Assembly: GCA_041485465.1 (NCBI GenBank)
Contig: JBGPJO010000004.1
Coordinates: forward strand, 1-64,000
DNA: 64,000 nt
Reading direction: 5' to 3'
Source: Minisyncoccia bacterium
GTDB taxonomy: Bacteria > Patescibacteriota > Minisyncoccia > Phycocordibacterales > JAKFXT01
Part shown: positions 38,970 through 49,683 of the stretch, in pieces
Layout: each line of letters opens with the position of its first letter
How positions within the stretch are numbered: position 1 is the stretch's first letter
Position numbers and translations under genes: made by a program
Notes under the pieces: model-generated
Databases searched by the model: none
What the model saw: the letters and a program-made list of their open reading frames with translations, nothing else
Told to the model about the DNA's origin: nothing

Positions 38970-40046
38970 CTAAATCCCCTCTTTACGCGCTTCTTCGAAG
39001 AGATCGTGCGCTTTTTTTGAAAGCTTGGCGGGAAGTGTGATGTTGAGACGAATCAAAAGATCGCCGCGCTTTCCTTTTTCAATCGGCGCTCCTTTGCCCC
39101 TTACCCGAAGTACCTCGCCGAAAGCAACCGCTTCCGGAATCTTGACGGTGATATCGCCATCGAGTGTTTGGATTTTATATTCCGAGCCGAGAAGCGCATC
39201 CGAGAGTTTAATATTAAGGTCCATGACGATATTTGAGCCTTCTTTTTTGAAAATATGATGCTTTTTAACGTGAATTTTTACGTACAGATCCCCTGGCACG
39301 CCGCTGTGAACCGCTTCCCCCATACCAGAGAGCCTGATCATCTCGCCATTATCAATTCCCGACGGCACAACGATAGAAATCTCTTCTTCACGGCGAAGGA
39401 CACCTTTTCCGTTGCAGGTTGTGCATCTCTCCTTCGGCACTTTGCCGGAACCCGCGCAGTTTTCGCAAACACGCGTAGTTGAGACCGAACCGAAGAATGA
39501 TTTGCGAGTTTCGCGGATCTGACCTTTTCCGTTACAAACTTCACAGGCCTTTGTCCCAACTCCCGGCTTTCCGCCGGAGCCCGAGCAGGTGGTGCAGGAT
39601 GATGTTTTTGTAATTAAAACTTTGCGCTCGGTACCAAAGATAGATTCGGCAAAGGTCAGCTCGAGATCAATTGAAATATCACGGCCGCGGCGCACCCGCT
39701 CCCTCGTACCGCCGAAAAAATCACTGAAAATATCCCCAAAATTAACGTTCTCGAACCCTTCAAAATTGCCCGTGTAGCCTGAGAAATCAAAATCTCCGAA
39801 GGGTGAAGCGCCACCACGAGAGGCACCGCCAGCGCCCCCTGAAAAGACCCGACCGTATGAATCGTACTCGGCGCGCTTTTTGTCGTCGGAAAGGACGCTG
39901 TAGGCCTCAGAAACCTCCTTAAACTTCCCTACATCCCCCCCTTTTTTGTCGGGGTGATATTTATGGGCAAGTTTGTGGAAAGCTTTCTTTATATCGTCTT
40001 TACTTGCCGCTTTTTGTATTCCTAAAATTTCGTAGTAGTCCTTCAT
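38970..40046 (-). CDS. dnaJ: chaperone DnaJ
   Basis: HPD J-domain and four CxxCxGxG repeats. Confidence 0.97.
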   Translation of the reverse strand: MKDYYEILGIQKAASKDDIKKAFHKLAHKYHPDKKGGDVGKFKEVSEAYSVLSDDKKRAEYDSYGRVFSGGAGGASRGGASPFGDFDFSGYTGNFEGFENVNFGDIFSDFFGGTRERVRRGRDISIDLELTFAESIFGTERKVLITKTSSCTTCSGSGGKPGVGTKACEVCNGKGQIRETRKSFFGSVSTTRVCENCAGSGKVPKERCTTCNGKGVLRREEEISIVVPSGIDNGEMIRLSGMGEAVHSGVPGDLYVKIHVKKHHIFKKEGSNIVMDLNIKLSDALLGSEYKIQTLDGDITVKIPEAVAFGEVLRVRGKGAPIEKGKRGDLLIRLNITLPAKLSKKAHDLFEEARKEGI

Positions 40047-40102
40047 AACAATATTTGATACTATACCCCGAGCAAAAGTTAAATCAAGGAAAGGGTAGGA
40101 TC

Positions 40103-40342
40103 ATGGGAAGTGAACTTTCTCAAATCGAGCGATTCAAGATCGATATCCTTAGCGGTGAAGATACCGTCTCCGACGAGGAAATCCTTCGTCGTCTTTCGAA
40201 TCTGATCAACATTGGAATCATCATTAAAGTAGAACAACTCGGCGTTCTCGAAACGGTTGAAAATTACCGTCCCCACCTGCTCAAGCAAGTTCAGGAAAAA
40301 ATTTCTTCGGCCAGTTGTCCCCCCGCCCCGCCTCCCCAATGA
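40103..40342 (+). CDS. small hypothetical protein
   Basis: ORF on the opposite strand between dnaJ and dnaK, with a purine-rich SD and a terminator-like hairpin. Confidence 0.5.
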   Translation: MGSELSQIERFKIDILSGEDTVSDEEILRRLSNLINIGIIIKVEQLGVLETVENYRPHLLKQVQEKISSASCPPAPPPQ

Positions 40343-40360
40343 GTGAGGCGGGTTTTTTCT

Positions 40361-42265
40361 TTATTTTTGATCTCCTTCCTTAAAGTCAGCGTCGCGTACG
40401 TTTCCGTCACCCTCTTTTTTTTCTTCTGGCTTTTCTTCCGTTCCTGCTCCACCCGGGGTACTTGCCGCCTTTTGCATCGCCTCCCCTATCTTTTGAAGCT
40501 CTGCTGAGAGCGCGTTTGTTGCGTTTTTGATGGCGTCCGTATCGTTTCCATCTTTTACTTTTTTAAGATCGGCAATCTTTCCTTCAACCGCTGTTTTAAT
40601 ATCCAGAGGTACTTTATCTCCCGCGTCCCGTAGCGCTTTCTCCGCCGTGTAGAGAAGCTGTTCTCCGGTATTTCTGACATCAACCTCCTCTTTCTTTTTG
40701 GCATCCTCCGCCGCGTGCGCATCGGCATCCTTTTTCATTTTCTCAATATCGGCGGGAGTGAGCCCGGAGCTTGCTTCAATCCGGATGCTTTGCTCTTTGT
40801 TAGTCGTCTTGTCTTTCGCTTTGACGTTTAAAATACCGTTTGCATCAACATCAAAGGTCACTTCGACTTGGGGAAGGCCGCGCGGCGCGGGCGGTATGCC
40901 GTCGAGAATAAACTGGCCGAGCGATTTGTTATCGGAGGCCATTGCCCGCTCGCCCTGAACAATATGAATTTGAACCGAGGTTTGGTTGTCAGATGCAGTC
41001 GAAAAAGTCTGGGATCTTGAGGTCGGAATGGTTGTGTTTCGCTCGATAAGCTTTGTTCCGACGCCTCCCAGAGTCTCAATGCCGAGCGAAAGCGGAATGA
41101 CATCAAGAAGAAGGATATCTTTGACATCGCCCTGAAGAATGCCCGCCTGAACGGCGGCGCCGAGCGCCACCACTTCGTCCGGATTGATCGAGCGATTCGG
41201 CTCTTTTCCAAAGAAATCCTGAACGGCCTTCACAAGCATCGGCATGCGGGTTTGCCCGCCGACCAAAATCACTTCCTGGATCTCTTCTTTCTTAAAAGGA
41301 GAGGCTTCCATGGCGCGTTTGGTGATTGAAAGCGCGCGGTCTACGAATTCGCGAGCGAGCTCTTCGAGCTTCGCCCTCGTCATTTTCATTAAAAGGTGCT
41401 TCGGACCTGAGGCATCGGAGGTGATAAACGGAATGTTGATTTCCGTTTCCACGGTCGTTGAAAGTTCGAGCTTTGCTTTCTCCGCCGCTTCATCAAGCCG
41501 CTGGAGCGCAAGCGGGTCACGGCTTACATCAATGCCGCTTTCTTTTTTATACTCGTCCGCGATGTAGCGGATGATCTTCTGGTCGATGTCGCGGCCACCG
41601 AGGTGGCTGTCGCCGTCGGTTGATTTCACTTCGACAACATCGTCCCCCACTTCAAGAACCGACACGTCAAACGTACCGCCGCCAAAGTCGAAGACGACAA
41701 TTTTTTCGTTTTTCTTTTTGTTGAAACCGTAGGCAAGAGCGGCCGCTGTCGGTTCGTTGATGATGCGCTTGACATCGAGCCCCGCGATTGCTCCCGCGTC
41801 TTTAGTGGCTTTTCTCTGGGCGTCGTTAAAATATGCCGGCACGGTGATGATCGCTTCGGTAATTTTTTCTCCGAGCTTTGCTTCAGCGTCGGCTTTCAGT
41901 TTCTGAAGAATCATCGCTGAAATTTCTTCCGGACGGTACAATTTGTCTCCCATCTTTACCTCAACCCCGCCGGTTGCTGATTTTTCAACCGCAAACGCAA
42001 GATTTTTCTTGTCTTCCTGGACCCCTTTGTCATCAAAGGAGTGCCCCATGAAGCGTTTGATACCAACAATCGTATTGGTCGGATTTGTCACCGCCTGGCG
42101 CTTCGCGAGAAGCCCGACAAGTCGCTCCCCTGTCTTTGACTGGGCAACGACTGAAGGGGTGGTGCGGGCACCTTCAGCGTTTTCAATAATTTTTGGAGCG
42201 CCTGCCTCGATAATTGCCATCGCTGAGTTTGTCGTTCCAAGATCGATTCCTAAAATTTTTGCCAT
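40361..42265 (-). CDS. dnaK: chaperone DnaK
   Basis: [25 protein letters not shown]. Confidence 0.99.
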   Translation of the reverse strand: MAKILGIDLGTTNSAMAIIEAGAPKIIENAEGARTTPSVVAQSKTGERLVGLLAKRQAVTNPTNTIVGIKRFMGHSFDDKGVQEDKKNLAFAVEKSATGGVEVKMGDKLYRPEEISAMILQKLKADAEAKLGEKITEAIITVPAYFNDAQRKATKDAGAIAGLDVKRIINEPTAAALAYGFNKKKNEKIVVFDFGGGTFDVSVLEVGDDVVEVKSTDGDSHLGGRDIDQKIIRYIADEYKKESGIDVSRDPLALQRLDEAAEKAKLELSTTVETEINIPFITSDASGPKHLLMKMTRAKLEELAREFVDRALSITKRAMEASPFKKEEIQEVILVGGQTRMPMLVKAVQDFFGKEPNRSINPDEVVALGAAVQAGILQGDVKDILLLDVIPLSLGIETLGGVGTKLIERNTTIPTSRSQTFSTASDNQTSVQIHIVQGERAMASDNKSLGQFILDGIPPAPRGLPQVEVTFDVDANGILNVKAKDKTTNKEQSIRIEASSGLTPADIEKMKKDADAHAAEDAKKKEEVDVRNTGEQLLYTAEKALRDAGDKVPLDIKTAVEGKIADLKKVKDGNDTDAIKNATNALSAELQKIGEAMQKAASTPGGAGTEEKPEEKKEGDGNVRDADFKEGDQK

Positions 42266-42310
42266 ATGTTTTCTTAATCTGTTATTAGTATCAAATGATT
42301 TGTATCCCTG

Positions 42311-42919
42311 CTATTTTTCCTTAACTGAAAATTCGGCAATTGAGACACGCGCTGGTTTGAGAACTTTGTCGTTCAACGAATAGCCCTTCTGAACTACTTC
42401 GGCGACAGTATGATCGAGCTCTTTATCGAGCGCGACGACAGTGCCAACTGAAGTCTGAAATTTCGGATCAAACGGATCGCCAGGGTTAGGGCTGATTTCC
42501 GAGAGCCCGTGTTCAGAGAGCGCCGTGACGAGTTCGCGATAAATATGCTCCATGCCAAGCCGCCAGTCTTTCGGAAGAGCTTCCCACGCGCCCTTGTTCC
42601 CCGTTGCCAGGTTAAAACTTTCAAGCACCGGAAGAAGTCTCAAAACCAATTTTTCCTCCGCAAACTTAACAAATTCGCTCCGCCATTCCTCTTCCTGACG
42701 TCTGGCGTTCACCGCGTCCGCCTTCATCCTCTGCCAGCCCTCAAGATACTCCTGACGCTCTTTCTGGCTAGCCTTAAGAGCTTCACGAAGCTTTTTTATA
42801 GTGTCGCGCGGGTTCTTTTCTTCTTCCTCCTCGACAATTTCGACGTCCTCAGGGACATTATTATCATACCCGCTTGGAGTATTGTCAAATTTTTTGTTTT
42901 CGTCTTTATTTAGAGGCAT
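42311..42919 (-). CDS. grpE: nucleotide exchange factor GrpE
   Basis: Coiled coil, FDP, QKGY.L...VL.PA.V. Confidence 0.95.
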   Translation of the reverse strand: MPLNKDENKKFDNTPSGYDNNVPEDVEIVEEEEEKNPRDTIKKLREALKASQKERQEYLEGWQRMKADAVNARRQEEEWRSEFVKFAEEKLVLRLLPVLESFNLATGNKGAWEALPKDWRLGMEHIYRELVTALSEHGLSEISPNPGDPFDPKFQTSVGTVVALDKELDHTVAEVVQKGYSLNDKVLKPARVSIAEFSVKEK

Positions 42920-42987
42920 AGCGTAAGCAAAAAATAACATGCCACGCGAGCAAAGGAAAGCAAAAAGAGCCTCCCCTCTCTTTTAAG

Positions 42988-43398
42988 CTAACGCTTGCTC
43001 CACTGCGGAGCTTTTCTGGCCTTCTTCAACCCGAACTTGCGGCGCTCCTTCATGCGCGGATCACGCTTTAAAAAGCCTGCCGCCTTTAAAACCTTACGAA
43101 GTCCCAAATCGTAGGAAACAAGCGCGCGAGATATCGCGTGACGAACGGCAATTGATTGCGAGGATGAGCCGCCACCTGAAACTTTTATCGATACTTTGAA
43201 CTTGACGGGTAATTTCGCGTGATTGAAAGCATCTTCAACCGCCCGCCGCTCAGCATCGGTCTTGAAGTAATTTATGACTTCCTTGCCGTTGACAATCATC
43301 GATTGCTTCGACGCCTCTTCAATACGGGCTCGCGCAACCGAAGTCTTTCTCCGTCCAACCGCTTCAATGTATCGCGCTTTTATTTTTGCTTCCGCCAT
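42988..43398 (-). CDS. rpsI: 30S ribosomal protein S9
   Basis: GRRKTSVAR...ERRKFGLKKARKAPQWSKR. Confidence 0.98.
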   Translation of the reverse strand: MAEAKIKARYIEAVGRRKTSVARARIEEASKQSMIVNGKEVINYFKTDAERRAVEDAFNHAKLPVKFKVSIKVSGGGSSSQSIAVRHAISRALVSYDLGLRKVLKAAGFLKRDPRMKERRKFGLKKARKAPQWSKR

Positions 43399-43402
43399 AG
43401 TG

Positions 43403-43750
43403 TTATTCGGTGATCGTCAAATTTTTCATAATTTTCGTGCGGTGACTGTTTTTGGGAAGCATACCGTAGACCGCCTTTCTCAAAAGCTCGCGCTTCCCTT
43501 TCACTGCCGCCACTTGTTTTCCTGAAAGTATTTTGAGGCCGCCCGGATAGCCCGAGTAGCGCTTGTGCTCGATGCCTTCCATTTTCCTGTCGGAGATTTC
43601 GATTTGTCCGGCATTTGTTATTTTTACTTTGACGGACGCCAAAATGTGGCGCTCAAAAGTGCTTTTTGTTTTGCCGCGAAGAAGAACCGCGATTTCGCTT
43701 GCTAGTCGCCCTAATTTCTTTCCCGATGCATCAATTGTCGATTCTGTCAT
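43403..43750 (-). CDS. rplM: 50S ribosomal protein L13
   Basis: IDASGKKLGRLAS, SGYPGG, AVYGMLP. Confidence 0.97.
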   Translation of the reverse strand: MTESTIDASGKKLGRLASEIAVLLRGKTKSTFERHILASVKVKITNAGQIEISDRKMEGIEHKRYSGYPGGLKILSGKQVAAVKGKRELLRKAVYGMLPKNSHRTKIMKNLTITE

Positions 43751-43759
43751 GGATTTCTT

Positions 43760-44113
43760 TTATACAAATTCAATGAGCGCACGCTTTGAACTGTCCGCTT
43801 TGCGTACCCCCATCTTCACAATTCTCGTATAGCCTCCTCGGCGGTCTTTATACTTCGGAGCGATCTCTGAGACAAGGAGTGCTGCCACCTTCATCCTGCC
43901 GCCAAGGCGAGAAACTATAATACGGCGCGATGCGACCGTTCCTTTTTTACCGAACGTCACCAGGCGCTCGATAAACGGGCGAAGTTCTTTCGCTTTCGCT
44001 TCGGTCGTCATGATTTTTCCCTTTTCTATAAGGGCTTCAGCAAGGCTCCGTATGAGCGCAACGCGAACCTTTCGTTCACGACCGAATACTCGACCTTTTT
44101 TTTGATGTCTCAT
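43760..44113 (-). CDS. rplQ: 50S ribosomal protein L17
   Basis: MRH...TTEAKAKE...GGYTRI. Confidence 0.97.
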   Translation of the reverse strand: MRHQKKGRVFGRERKVRVALIRSLAEALIEKGKIMTTEAKAKELRPFIERLVTFGKKGTVASRRIIVSRLGGRMKVAALLVSEIAPKYKDRRGGYTRIVKMGVRKADSSKRALIEFV

Positions 44114-44119
44114 GGGTTT

Positions 44120-45076
44120 TTATTTAAGTGTTACGCCGTAATTGGAAAGAAGCCTTTTGATTTCCTGTATGCCCTTGCTACCCAAGCCGTCGATATCGAG
44201 AATATCCTCTTCTTTCTTGCGGACAAGGCCTCCTACGGTGCGGATGTTTGCCGCCGCCAACGCGTTTATGGTGCGTTGGGAAAGATCGAGTGTTTCAATG
44301 CGGGTTTTCAATGTTTCGGCATCAAGGCTTGATTTCTTTTCTTTCTTTTCCTCGGCCGCCTCGGCAGATGATACCGGGAGTTCTTCTTCTTTGAAACCAA
44401 TAATTGCTTTCAACTGATTGATCATGATTTCAATTGCCCGTGAGAGCGTCTCGTTCGGCGTCACCGTGCCGTCGGTTTCAATCGAAATACGGAGGCGGTT
44501 GAAATCGGTGCGGTCGCCGACGCGCATGTTTTCGACTTCATAGTTCACCCGGCGAATCGGCGTAAAGCTTGCGTCAAGTGAAATCGTTCCGATATCGACT
44601 TTCTCTTTCTGACGCGCTTCTTTTGAAACATAGCCGAGTCCCCGCTCCACTTTCATTTCAATTTCAAGACTGGCGTTTTTGTCGGTCAGGTGAGCGATTA
44701 CCTGCTCGGGATTTAGAACTTCAACCTGGCCGGGCGCCTCGATATCTTTGGCCGTGACCTCTCGCACACCTTTAATCGAGAGTTTGAGGATCTGCGGCTC
44801 TTCGGTATACATTTTTATCCGGACCTTCTTTAAATTAAGAATGAGCGTAATGATGTCTTCTTTCAGTCCCGAAAGCGTTGAAAATTCATGGTTCACGCCT
44901 TCGATTTTGACTTCGGTAAGCGCCGCGCCCGGAAGCGAAGAGAGAATGATGCGTCGCAAAGAATTCCCGAGCGTGTGTCCGTACCCCGGGTAAAGGCCGT
45001 CGATCTCATATACGCCGCCGGTTTCTTTTTCGGAGACGATTTTCGGCTTTGAAGGCAAAACAATTTGGTAGTCCAT
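44120..45076 (-). CDS. rpoA: RNA polymerase alpha subunit
   Basis: GYGHTLGNSLRRIILSS, HEFS, alpha-CTD. Confidence 0.98.
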   Translation of the reverse strand: MDYQIVLPSKPKIVSEKETGGVYEIDGLYPGYGHTLGNSLRRIILSSLPGAALTEVKIEGVNHEFSTLSGLKEDIITLILNLKKVRIKMYTEEPQILKLSIKGVREVTAKDIEAPGQVEVLNPEQVIAHLTDKNASLEIEMKVERGLGYVSKEARQKEKVDIGTISLDASFTPIRRVNYEVENMRVGDRTDFNRLRISIETDGTVTPNETLSRAIEIMINQLKAIIGFKEEELPVSSAEAAEEKKEKKSSLDAETLKTRIETLDLSQRTINALAAANIRTVGGLVRKKEEDILDIDGLGSKGIQEIKRLLSNYGVTLK

Positions 45077-45115
45077 AATAGAGGTTATTAAAAAATTACT
45101 GTTTATTTTTAAAAT

Positions 45116-45727
45116 TTAACGGCTGTAAAATTCGAGAACCGGCGCAAGGTCAAAATGACTCGTCCCCGCTTCATATTTCGGAAGAGCAACGACCGTCCCT
45201 TCCATTTTCTCCGTGTCAAACAAAACCCAGCTCGGCGATTTGAATTCTTTCAATTTCTCGGGAAGGATGGTGAAAAGCAGGCTCCCCTTGCTTCCGAGGC
45301 GGATGGTAATGGCATCCCCTTTCGAAACCGAAAATGAAGGAACGGTGACACGCCGGCCGTTTACCACGATATGCCCGTGGGCAACCATCTGGCGCGCAGC
45401 TTGGCGAGTTGGCGCAAGTCCCATCCGATAAATGGTGTTATCAAGACGCGCTTCAAGCAGAGCAAATAAAGTTTCGGCCGGGTTCGCGCCGCCTTTATCC
45501 ATCGCTTTTTTAACGTAATTTTTAAATTGGCGCTCGCTTACGTAATAGGTGAAGCGCACTTTCTGCTTTTCAAGAAGCTGGCGGGCATATTCGGTCTTCG
45601 AACCGAAACGGCGGCGGCGCGATTTTGCCGAACGAGCCTCCGAGAGCATGAATTTCTGCGTCTGGGTTTTATCAAAAACGTTTGCTCCCAAGCGTTTTGC
45701 GATTTTATATTTTGGTCCTATTTTCAT
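45116..45727 (-). CDS. rpsD: 30S ribosomal protein S4
   Basis: [25 protein letters not shown]. Confidence 0.98.
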   Translation of the reverse strand: MKIGPKYKIAKRLGANVFDKTQTQKFMLSEARSAKSRRRRFGSKTEYARQLLEKQKVRFTYYVSERQFKNYVKKAMDKGGANPAETLFALLEARLDNTIYRMGLAPTRQAARQMVAHGHIVVNGRRVTVPSFSVSKGDAITIRLGSKGSLLFTILPEKLKEFKSPSWVLFDTEKMEGTVVALPKYEAGTSHFDLAPVLEFYSR

Positions 45728-45729
45728 GA

Positions 45730-46164
45730 TTATACTCTTCGAGGTTTTGGCGGTTTCGGCCCATTGTGAGGGATCGGGGTGACATCCCTGATTGAAGCGA
45801 TGCCGATACCTTTTCCGGCAATCGCCCGGATTGCCGATTCGCGGCCGGAGCCAACGCCTTTGACGACAACATCAACCTCTCTCACCCCCATCATCACTGC
45901 CTTTTCCCCGATCAATTCACCCACTTTCGCGGCCGCAAACGGCGTTCCCTTTTTGGCACCATTGAAACCAAGTGAACCGCTTGATGAGGATACCAAGGCG
46001 TTCCCGCTTTTGTCAGAAAGAAGAACGATGGTGTTGTTATAGGTCGACTGAACAAAAAGAATGCCCGAATCGACTTTCTTTTTACTTGCACGGGAAAGAG
46101 ACTTGGATTGCATCTCCGCGTTCACTTCTCCCCCGCTTTTTTTTACGATTCGTTTCTTTCCCAT
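45730..46164 (-). CDS. rpsK: 30S ribosomal protein S11
   Basis: [22 protein letters not shown]. Confidence 0.98.
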   Translation of the reverse strand: MGKKRIVKKSGGEVNAEMQSKSLSRASKKKVDSGILFVQSTYNNTIVLLSDKSGNALVSSSSGSLGFNGAKKGTPFAAAKVGELIGEKAVMMGVREVDVVVKGVGSGRESAIRAIAGKGIGIASIRDVTPIPHNGPKPPKPRRV

Positions 46165-46169
46165 GGTTT

Positions 46170-46550
46170 TTAGGTTTTCTCCGTCGTGCGGCGCCCGCTA
46201 CCCATTGTCTTTCTGACATTGCCGCGAACGGTGCGTGAATTGGTCTTGGTGCGCTGGCCGCGGACCGGAAGTCGCTTTGCGTGACGGATGCCTCTGTAGG
46301 CTTTGATATCTTTCAATCGCTTGATGTTCCCTGCGACAACGCGCTTCAGATCGCCTTCGGTTTTGAACTTTTCGACCAGTGCGCGGATTTTATTTTCTTC
46401 CACTTCCGATATGTCTTTGGCTTTCTTATCCGGGTTGATGTTTGCGTCTTTAAGTATTGAAAGGGCCCGGGGACGGCCGATGCCATAGACTGCGGTAAGC
46501 GCAATCTCAAGTCTCTTATTGTCGGGAATGGTGATGCCGGTAATTCTCAT
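46170..46550 (-). CDS. rpsM: 30S ribosomal protein S13
   Basis: VYGIG, YRGIRH...LPVRGQRTKTN. Confidence 0.98.
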   Translation of the reverse strand: MRITGITIPDNKRLEIALTAVYGIGRPRALSILKDANINPDKKAKDISEVEENKIRALVEKFKTEGDLKRVVAGNIKRLKDIKAYRGIRHAKRLPVRGQRTKTNSRTVRGNVRKTMGSGRRTTEKT

Positions 46551-46553
46551 AGA

Positions 46554-46667
46554 TTAACCTTGTCGCTGTTTATGCTTCGGATTATTGCAGACAACGACCA
46601 AACGGCCCTTGCGTCTCAAGACCTTGCAGTTCGAACAGATTTTTTTGACTGATGCGCGTACTTTCAT
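46554..46667 (-). CDS. rpmJ: 50S ribosomal protein L36 (not in ORF track)
   Basis: Manual translation [37 protein letters not shown]. Confidence 0.97.
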   Translation of the reverse strand: MKVRASVKKICSNCKVLRRKGRLVVVCNNPKHKQRQG

Positions 46668-46751
46668 CACTAAAACACTGAGCCTTCGCCTCTACGCATT
46701 TTTATTTAGCACAAGTGCGGAGTGTGACACGAGGCCTTTCTTAAAAGGCGA

Positions 46752-46967
46752 TCAGAGCCTTTTAACTATCCGTCCTTTGCCGCCGTATGGGTCAAGTTCG
46801 ACTTCTACGGAATCGCCGACCAAAACCCGTATGCGGTGGAGACGCATTTTGCCCCCGAGGTACGTGAGCATCACGTCACCATTTGGGGGCTTAACGCGAA
46901 AAAGCGTATTGGGAAGGGCTTCCGTTACCACCCCCACTACTCGCTCCATTTTTTTACTATTATCCAT
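46752..46967 (-). CDS. infA: translation initiation factor IF-1
   Basis: EALPN..F.V, GKMR.HRIR...GD.V.VE..PY...GRI. Confidence 0.96.
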   Translation of the reverse strand: MDNSKKMERVVGVVTEALPNTLFRVKPPNGDVMLTYLGGKMRLHRIRVLVGDSVEVELDPYGGKGRIVKRL

Positions 46968-47120
46968 CGCCAAATGCGAATTTTCGAATCCTATCAGAAA
47001 AATAAAATACCGTCAAACAAAACAATCCGCCTTCGGAAAGTTTCGTCCTCTATGCCCACTTTTAACTGCCTATATGACCGATACCCATTAGAATAAAAGA
47101 TTCTGCTTTTGTCGTCAAGT

Positions 47121-48410
47121 TTATTTACTGGTCGATGTGGGGATTTTTATACTGATTTTTTTGGGGTCGTCCGGAAGCGTTTGGCGCCAAAACGGCTTAA
47201 CAATAACTTCGGCGTGATCAATACTCGGGTATGCTTGAAGAATGGTTGCAATCCGGCCCTTGTCTTTCTGTTGTCCCACGAGATCCGCTTTAAGTTTTTC
47301 CTGATCGAAAAGCCAGGTTAACGTCGTCGTGCCTTTAAGAGAAAAGGAAAGTGCGCCTGTCTGCCAAGGCTTTGCGCCCGCGGGAATCGGCGTGAAAACT
47401 ATATTTTTAAGATTATCCCCCAAAACATCGCTTTGATCGTAATCGCCGAGGCTCGCGGAGGCGATACTCCTTGAAAATTTTTTGTCGCTGAAGAAAACCC
47501 CGTAGGCGGTCGCTGTTTCTTTAAGTCCGTTTGAATCCGCAGGCGAAACAGTTTCAAAGTCAATGTAGACGGCAGAATCAAACAGAAGATACCCTTCGGG
47601 CACCTGCGCTTCTATGTTTTTCGTCAGGTCATCCCGAAGTGAAGCTTCAAGATCGTTTTTTGCTTTACTCAAATCTTGAGGGGAAGCTGTTTCAATTTTA
47701 CCGATAAAACCTCCCGTCATGGTAGTTTTCGATCGGCCGTAAAATTTACTGTACCGCGGGTCGCCCTTAAAACCGGGAATGGTGAAATCTGAAAGACCGA
47801 TGTTGTAGTCCGTGCCCGCCGCATCGGCATACACAAGGGCCTCAATACTCCCTGGCGTGCCACTCGTTTTATCTTTCCCGGGAACGGTAATTGATTGGTC
47901 GATACGGTAGATCCTTCCATCAGATGTTTCGAAGCGAGTGTTTTTTATAAGACGTTGCGAGGCGGTTGAGTAATTATTGTAAATAACTATCGTGCCGCTT
48001 GCTCTAATTTCAACCTGTTTTTCACCGGTTGCGGGCACTGTCTTCGATCCGTCTTTTGACGCCGAGACTGTTTCAAAAGAAAGCTCGCCTTGTCCCGCGT
48101 CCTTTTTTGCTATAAAAATTCCGTCAATTGAAACCGTTTTCTTTTTTTGGGTAACCGTGATAGTCGCTTGCTCGGCAAATAATTCGCGAGCAAGAAAAGC
48201 AATGAGGACGATAACGACAATGCCGATGATAACGCTAAATCCTTTTGGAAACCGAAAACGGCGCCGGCGCTTCATTTCTTCAAGTGGCGGGGGCGGAGGG
48301 GGTGGCGGAGCCACCTCGCTTCTCTCGGGAGAGCGGCGATGAACCGGAACGGGAATGTCCCGGATCGTTCTTTTCGGAGGAGTGATGTCGTTTATCGTTT
48401 GGCGCGGCAT
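47121..48410 (-). CDS. conserved membrane-anchored hypothetical protein (baseplate J-like domain)
   Basis: Pro-rich N-terminus, one TM, ASGTIVIYN...NTRF...G..YN motifs. Confidence 0.7.
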   Translation of the reverse strand: MPRQTINDITPPKRTIRDIPVPVHRRSPERSEVAPPPPPPPPLEEMKRRRRFRFPKGFSVIIGIVVIVLIAFLARELFAEQATITVTQKKKTVSIDGIFIAKKDAGQGELSFETVSASKDGSKTVPATGEKQVEIRASGTIVIYNNYSTASQRLIKNTRFETSDGRIYRIDQSITVPGKDKTSGTPGSIEALVYADAAGTDYNIGLSDFTIPGFKGDPRYSKFYGRSKTTMTGGFIGKIETASPQDLSKAKNDLEASLRDDLTKNIEAQVPEGYLLFDSAVYIDFETVSPADSNGLKETATAYGVFFSDKKFSRSIASASLGDYDQSDVLGDNLKNIVFTPIPAGAKPWQTGALSFSLKGTTTLTWLFDQEKLKADLVGQQKDKGRIATILQAYPSIDHAEVIVKPFWRQTLPDDPKKISIKIPTSTSK

Positions 48411-48438
48411 AGACTATATATACACTTTTATAAGACTA

Positions 48439-49659
48439 TCAGGAAGCACTTTGAAGCGGCAATTTTGTGGATACCGCAAAAAGTCCTTCAAGGCAAAGGA
48501 TCGGGTCACACGAAGCGTCCTTACCAAAACGCATCAGAGTTTTTGCAAGCTCGCTATCAATCGGCCGTACCGAAAAACCAGAAGGCACGAGAGACTGGCC
48601 GGAAAAACTGTCCGTCTCGAGAAACATTTTGAAAATTCCATCCATGCCGACGTCAGTAATCAAATACACGGACTGGGGAACGGAAGATTCGTCAGAAAGC
48701 GCGACGAGCGCTTTTTCAAAAAACGGAAACCATTTTTTTGCGCCGCTTTGAAGGGAGGTTTCGAGTTTTTCGTTTTTGTCATCACGCACTTCTTTTGTGC
48801 CATAGAGGGAGAGAGAGGCGGAAGCGGCATCCTCCGTCATGTTGAGTTCGCGAGAGACATGACGGATGAGTGAGTGCTTGCCGAAGGGGAACGACACTGT
48901 TTCAAGAAGGACGAACCCGCGAACAAGGGAAACTTCCGTAACCTCGTTTCCGACGACAATAAAAAGAAAGTCCTGATCAAAATGAACGTGGTTTCGTAAA
49001 GCGACATAGGCGGCCAAAGAAAGGGGCTCGAAGAAAACAGGCGCTCTGAAATGTTTCTTAAATTCCTGCTCTAGTTTACCAATGACCTCAGAAGCAATTT
49101 CTGTCTTGAAAACACCAAGATCGAGGGTCGCCGCCTTCTTGCCATAAGGGGATGCGGTGTGGTACCCGTTTACCTTCATATCAACAATCCGCTCGGCAAC
49201 GGTAACCGGCGTTTCTCCGATTTCCGCTTCGGTATGAGCTTCGAGTTCTTTGTCACTCCCCCTCCGGTAATTCGCCACCAGACTGGAAACAAGTTCGGGT
49301 GTCACTACAAAACCGTCTTTCTCCCGATATTTAATGAGCGCGGTATGGGAAAGATAATACGGAGCAGAGAGAATCGCGTAGATTTTTTCAATATGGAACC
49401 TTCTCCCGTTTTCCCCCTCGCTTGCCATGAATTTTGAGACTTCTCCGAGAAGATCTTTAAGAGAAACGAGGGTAGCGGCGAAGCTTTTTGCCCGAGCGCC
49501 GCGAACAATCCTCTCCGGAGCGTGCGACGTGTAGGTCATTTCCGGCGAAACGCCCGTCAAAAGAAGTGCACCGCGGCAACTGCCTTCGCCAACATCAATA
49601 TGGACGACGAGCGTTGATTGCTCGCGTGGTTTTCCGGAAAACAAAGAGAACAATGCCAT
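48439..49659 (-). CDS. FtsA/PilM-like actin-fold protein (divergent)
   Basis: IDVGEGS, VVGNEVTEVS, SFPFG motifs. Confidence 0.65.
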   Translation of the reverse strand: MALFSLFSGKPREQSTLVVHIDVGEGSCRGALLLTGVSPEMTYTSHAPERIVRGARAKSFAATLVSLKDLLGEVSKFMASEGENGRRFHIEKIYAILSAPYYLSHTALIKYREKDGFVVTPELVSSLVANYRRGSDKELEAHTEAEIGETPVTVAERIVDMKVNGYHTASPYGKKAATLDLGVFKTEIASEVIGKLEQEFKKHFRAPVFFEPLSLAAYVALRNHVHFDQDFLFIVVGNEVTEVSLVRGFVLLETVSFPFGKHSLIRHVSRELNMTEDAASASLSLYGTKEVRDDKNEKLETSLQSGAKKWFPFFEKALVALSDESSVPQSVYLITDVGMDGIFKMFLETDSFSGQSLVPSGFSVRPIDSELAKTLMRFGKDASCDPILCLEGLFAVSTKLPLQSAS

Positions 49660-49683
49660 CGCTCTAGTATATCGAAAGTAGCG

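Noticed and set aside
46705-46728. TTAGCAC...GAGTGTGA resembling CIRCE
   Set aside because: Wrong spacing, mismatched arms, and located between infA and rpmJ rather than before chaperone genes.
46585-47091. 168-aa plus-strand ORF across rpmJ/infA, and similar antisense ORFs over housekeeping genes
   Set aside because: They overlap well-supported genes on the opposite strand and have no recognisable motifs.
48280-48312. GC-rich low-complexity run
   Set aside because: It encodes a poly-proline linker within the 47121-48410 gene and is not a separate repeat element.
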